From Bigelowiella natans CCMP2755 (lineage: Eukaryota; Protista; Cercozoa), in the NCBI GenBank assembly GCA_000320545.1, contig ADNK01002290.1, positions 198,345 to 262,344 on the forward strand: DNA of 64,000 bases, written 5' to 3'. Positions 60,060 through 64,000 of the stretch are shown piece by piece (within the stretch, counting starts at the first letter, position 1; each line of letters begins with the position of its first letter). Made by a program: the position numbers and the translations under genes. The notes under the pieces are model-generated. The model was not told the DNA's origin. It did no database searches and saw only the letters and a list, made by a program, of their open reading frames with translations.

Positions 60060-61560
60060 CGCACATGTAACATGACAGCATGTGCGCTAGCTAGTCTAGT
60101 AGTCTAGTAGTGCGTGCTAGCGTGTGGTGCGATGCGATTTGATGACACGATGTGCGATGCGTGCTGCGCATGTCACATGCGTGGCATGGCCGGCGGTGCG
60201 TCTGCAAGTGCGACCAAGCACACATCTAGACATGCTTGCATCGCACATTCCAGCACAGTGTTGTGTTGATGAACGAATGCTGTTCTGGAGATGCACGCAT
60301 GCACACGCGCTGCTGCACGACAATGGACACAGTGATGTCATGCACATTGTCAACATGCAGACACAGTGATGTCATGCACAACATGCATGTGGTGTCACAT
60401 GTCCATGATCACGATGCGATGATCTAGCTAGCTAGCCAATGATGATGCGCATTTGCTGTCTGTGCATGCTTGACGACAGCAAGCTAGCAAGCAGCAGAGT
60501 GGGCCAACACATTCATGGATGCAGCAGTTGTCCCGCCCACCAGCCAACTTTGCTGGTTTGCGGCACCAACACGCACTGGAACACACTCAACGGGGTCGCT
60601 TTGGTCTTGGCAAAAGAAAGCCCTGCTAGCCTGCGCTTGCTAGCTTGCTGCGCTCGAGCTCCTTCCATTGGTTGTTGGCTGATGGGTTCAAGTTGAACCA
60701 CAAACGGACACGCATGATTCTCGCTTGTCGATGCAGCACCACACGTGCAAATGCCTCTTGAGCTCTTGAGGAACAGAACAACAAACTTTCGCTCACTTTG
60801 ACAACATCACAATGAGTGCACACCACACGAAAGGAGATGGAGGAGGACGAGAAGAACAAGACGAAGAAGAAGAACAAGAAGAAAAAGAAGAAGGAAGGAA
60901 AAGAAGAAGGAAGGAAAAGGAGGTGAGAGAAGCCAGAGGGTCTCGCGTCGGTCGTGGAGAGTTGTCCAATTGTGCCCAGAACGAACGTTGCTTCGTCTTT
61001 CACACTCGATCAAGATGCACACTTGTGCTGCAAACGATTTGAACGCGCCTGAAACAACAAACAGCATGAATGATTGAATGAACGATGGAGCCGGCACACA
61101 GGCTCAAGAAACAAGAAATACCTGATTGTGGAAAGAGTGAAAAAAACTTTGATGATGCTGACTGCACTTCCAAAGTGTCACGTGACACTTGCCAGCTTGC
61201 AAAGTGCGCACAGAAACACAGTGCCTCGAGCTGAAAACAACAAAAACTTTCTGGTGTGAACACCAGCCATGAACAATGAACAATGATGACAAAACACACT
61301 TGCAAAATGTTGCAAACAAGACACTGGCAGTGTGCGAAACGCAGTGCCTCGAACAATGAACAACAACGATGATGAACCATGCACGTGTGGCGCGTGCGCA
61401 TCACACGTGTCACATTGATTAGACTGACTTTGGTGAGGTCTCACTGGTGAAACCTGAAGGAATCAAAAATGACATTCAGGACAGAGAGATCTCCTTCTAG
61501 GACTAGGGGATCTTCTTCTCCGATCCCTCACGAACAAACGTGATGTGGAACTAGCAGCGT
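60060..61560. other. TpA-depleted block 4 with CTAG clusters and a degenerate (GAA)n tract (about 60830-60930)
   Basis: Surviving TAs are almost all CTAG (e.g. GCTAGCTAGTCTAGTAGTCTAG about 60086, CTAGCTAGCTAG 60424, 60626, 60640, 61497, 61504, 61551). Confidence 0.9.
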
Positions 61561-61784
61561 GCAAAATTGGGCAAACCAGTGTTGAGCAGGTTCGCTAATT
61601 GAAAATGCCACAAATTCAATGAGTTTTCCATCTGCGTCAGGTGACTATTGGCAATATTTTGGCCAAAAATCGCCTCATTTTTCCAACTCTCAGGAAGGCA
61701 ATCTCTCACTGGCACGCCTGGCGCACAACCTGCTCCACCTACCTGTGTGTTCCGAACCTCAACACCCCCCCATTAACTGGAGAT

Positions 61785-62332
61785 ATGAGCTCTGGTGACG
61801 GCGAGAACGATGAGGAGCTTGATGCAATGCTTGACGGTTCGAACCTGCGTCCTCCATCTCACCCTTTCCTATTCGAGCTGAAAGCCATGCATTTAGCTAA
61901 TTTGTTTATTCCGGCAATAATTTCGAATCCCTGCGTAAGCTTTGCTCTTCTTTTCGGAAATATAAACGTAGATTAAGCATCGAAAATACATGTATGGATA
62001 CGAGTATAGATGTGGATGGAAGCAATATTTCTAATACTTCCTGAAGCCGCGCATGTTCCGTTTCGGAAGCCGGTCTGGTTCTCACACTGAAATAATGGTA
62101 GACGCTTTGGCGGAGTTCGATGACGATGAGCCGTTGCCAGCAGCCTCTTCGCCTTCTTCTCCTTCTCCTTCTGAACCTACCAACACTGAGAGCGATTCAA
62201 AGAAAGGAGTTCAGGGCGATGCACTAGGAGACGGGAAAAAAAATGGTTAGTGTTGCATGTAGAAGGCGAAGTGTTCTTATCTAAAGTTATCATCTACCCA
62301 TTCAAAACCCAAAGTATCAATATCATATCCCG

Positions 62333-62373
<41 letters not shown>

Positions 62374-63587
62374 TCACTGGAAGACAAAGTTTGTCGTGAT
62401 CTTAGTTAAGAAAGCTCCAGAAAATGAAGGCCTGTTGAAGGATCTCCTTGATCTTCTTCAAAAGGATGGCTCAAAAGAGTCATCTGGAGACAGCTCAGCT
62501 GAAGATGACTTTGTCCAAAGCCTGCAACAGGTGCTTGAAAGAATGAAAGACGAGAAGGGTTCCGTTGACAACGAAGAATTTACAAAGGCAATGAAAGAGG
62601 GTAATCAGTCATTCATCAGCTACACAAAATCCATCACAATTATTGAACATCAAATATCCAGATAGCGAAAGCTTGAAGAAGATGAGGGAAATAATGCAAG
62701 CATCCACTAGTGAGAAGGTTTTTCTAACGAGATGTTTTCGAAAATGCACATTAACAAGCTTATCCATTCCTAAGGGAGGCGCATCTGAGTCTGAAAATGT
62801 CGAGGACATTCTCAAGTCGCTATCTAATGAGCTCAAAAATATGCCGGCACAGTCAAAAGACGATGACGCTCTAAAGATGTTATTAGGAGAATTGGACAAA
62901 TTGGAGATACCGGAAGGTGGTGAGGTAGGGATAATATACTCATATTTTCCATCCCTCTTGCAATTTAACGTAAATGGCCTTCTTCACAGGCCAATGCGGA
63001 CATGGATTCGTTCGTCGACCAAATGATAGGGAAAATGATGTCTAAGGAGTATCTGTATCCTGCTGTTAAAGAGATAAAAGAAAAGGCATACTCATTTAAA
63101 TAAGAGACCCTCTGTATTTTACGCTAACTTCTGATTTTGCCAGTTCCCTGAGTTTCTTAAGAAGAGTGAGGGGAAAAGTTCCGAGGCTGAGATGAAGCAA
63201 TATAAACAACAATACAAGTGTTTCGAAGTAAGTCGGTGCCGGTCACACAATGATTACAAGATATAAATTATTAAACTGCACATTTTGTCTCAGGAACTGT
63301 GCGAAGTGTTTGAAAAAGAAGGTGACACGGCAGAGGCAAACAAGAAAATAATTGACCTAATGCAAAAGGTATTACTACATCCTTCAACTCTTCTGCTTGT
63401 TCCCTTATACAAAATATGGTAATGGGCTATTGTTTCTGACAATTAGATGCAAAGTTATGGCCCTCCACCACAAGAGATAATGTCAGGATTGTTGCCAGGA
63501 GTTCAATTCGACAACGAGGGTATGCCTAGTCTTCCCGGAATGGGTGGCGGGGCCGGGGGTGCTGGAGAGGAGTGCGCGATTATGTGA
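61785..63587 (+). CDS. PEX19: Peroxin 19, multi-exon
   Basis: ELDAMLD|DALAEF N-terminus, MMSKEYLYPAVKE, YKQQY, IIDLMQK|MQSYGPPPQEI, and C-terminal CaaX CAIM*. Confidence 0.93.
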
Positions 63588-64000
63588 TTTATTGCAATGT
63601 ACAATGTAATAGCTGAGTACATATGTGCTATTATACGGTGCGACTTTGATCCTGCATACTGATACGCCATTCTTTGCCATTGCTAGATTGCACAAACGCT
63701 GACATGCATTACGTACTACGATGCGATTTGAGAGATGTGCAACGCAGCAATGGCAAAGAATGGCGTATCAGTATGCAGGATCAAAGTCGCACCGTATAAT
63801 AGCACATATGTACTCAGCTATTACATTGTACATTGCAATAAATCACATAATCGCGCACTCCTCTCCAGCACCCCCGGCCCCGCCACCCCATTCCGGGAAG
63901 ACTAGGCATACCCCTCGTTGTCGAAATTGAACTCCTGGCAACAATCCCTGACATTATCTCTTGTGGGTGGAGGGGCCAATAACTTTTGCATCTAATTTGC
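63441..64000. repeat. Long inverted repeat (arms about 63441-63684 and 63746-64000, 61-nt spacer) duplicating the PEX19 last exon and 3' UTR
   Basis: The right arm is the reverse complement of the left, with single-base homopolymer expansions near the window end. Confidence 0.92.

Noticed and set aside
1-64000. CRISPR arrays, tRNA or rRNA genes, alternative genetic code
   Set aside because: None seen. Host genes end in TAA, TAG and TGA and translate normally, so the TpA loss is not recoding. The only tRNA-like sequence is the PBS.

Overview
Intron-rich, microsatellite-rich eukaryotic nuclear DNA from a protist. A chlorarachniophyte-like rhizarian is my guess only and cannot be shown from the sequence. 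About 14 spliced host genes are present: SPX-EXS phosphate exporter, AP2-domain protein, ABHD11-like hydrolase, LRMDA-like LRR protein, MyTH4-WW myosin, glomulin/ALF4-like protein, a queuosine-salvage QNG1 with a nested Nudix domain, WW protein, double Zn2Cys6 factor, J-domain protein, dcd1/acid-ceramidase-like Ntn hydrolase, RPS17, PEX19 and low-complexity unknowns. There is one intact young Ty3/gypsy LTR element and relics of a Tc1/IS630-like transposase and a Ty1/copia RT. Three signals stand out. (1) Four sharply bounded intergenic/TE blocks have lost almost every TpA (TA to TG/CA/CG) except in CTAG, which looks like a RIP-like but A-to-G repeat-directed hypermutation system. (2) The gypsy polyprotein ends in a degenerate Dam-like N6-adenine methyltransferase-fold domain where a chromodomain would normally sit. 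(3) A Nudix hydrolase is inserted inside QNG1. All counts are manual, exon boundaries are approximate and no database searches were run.
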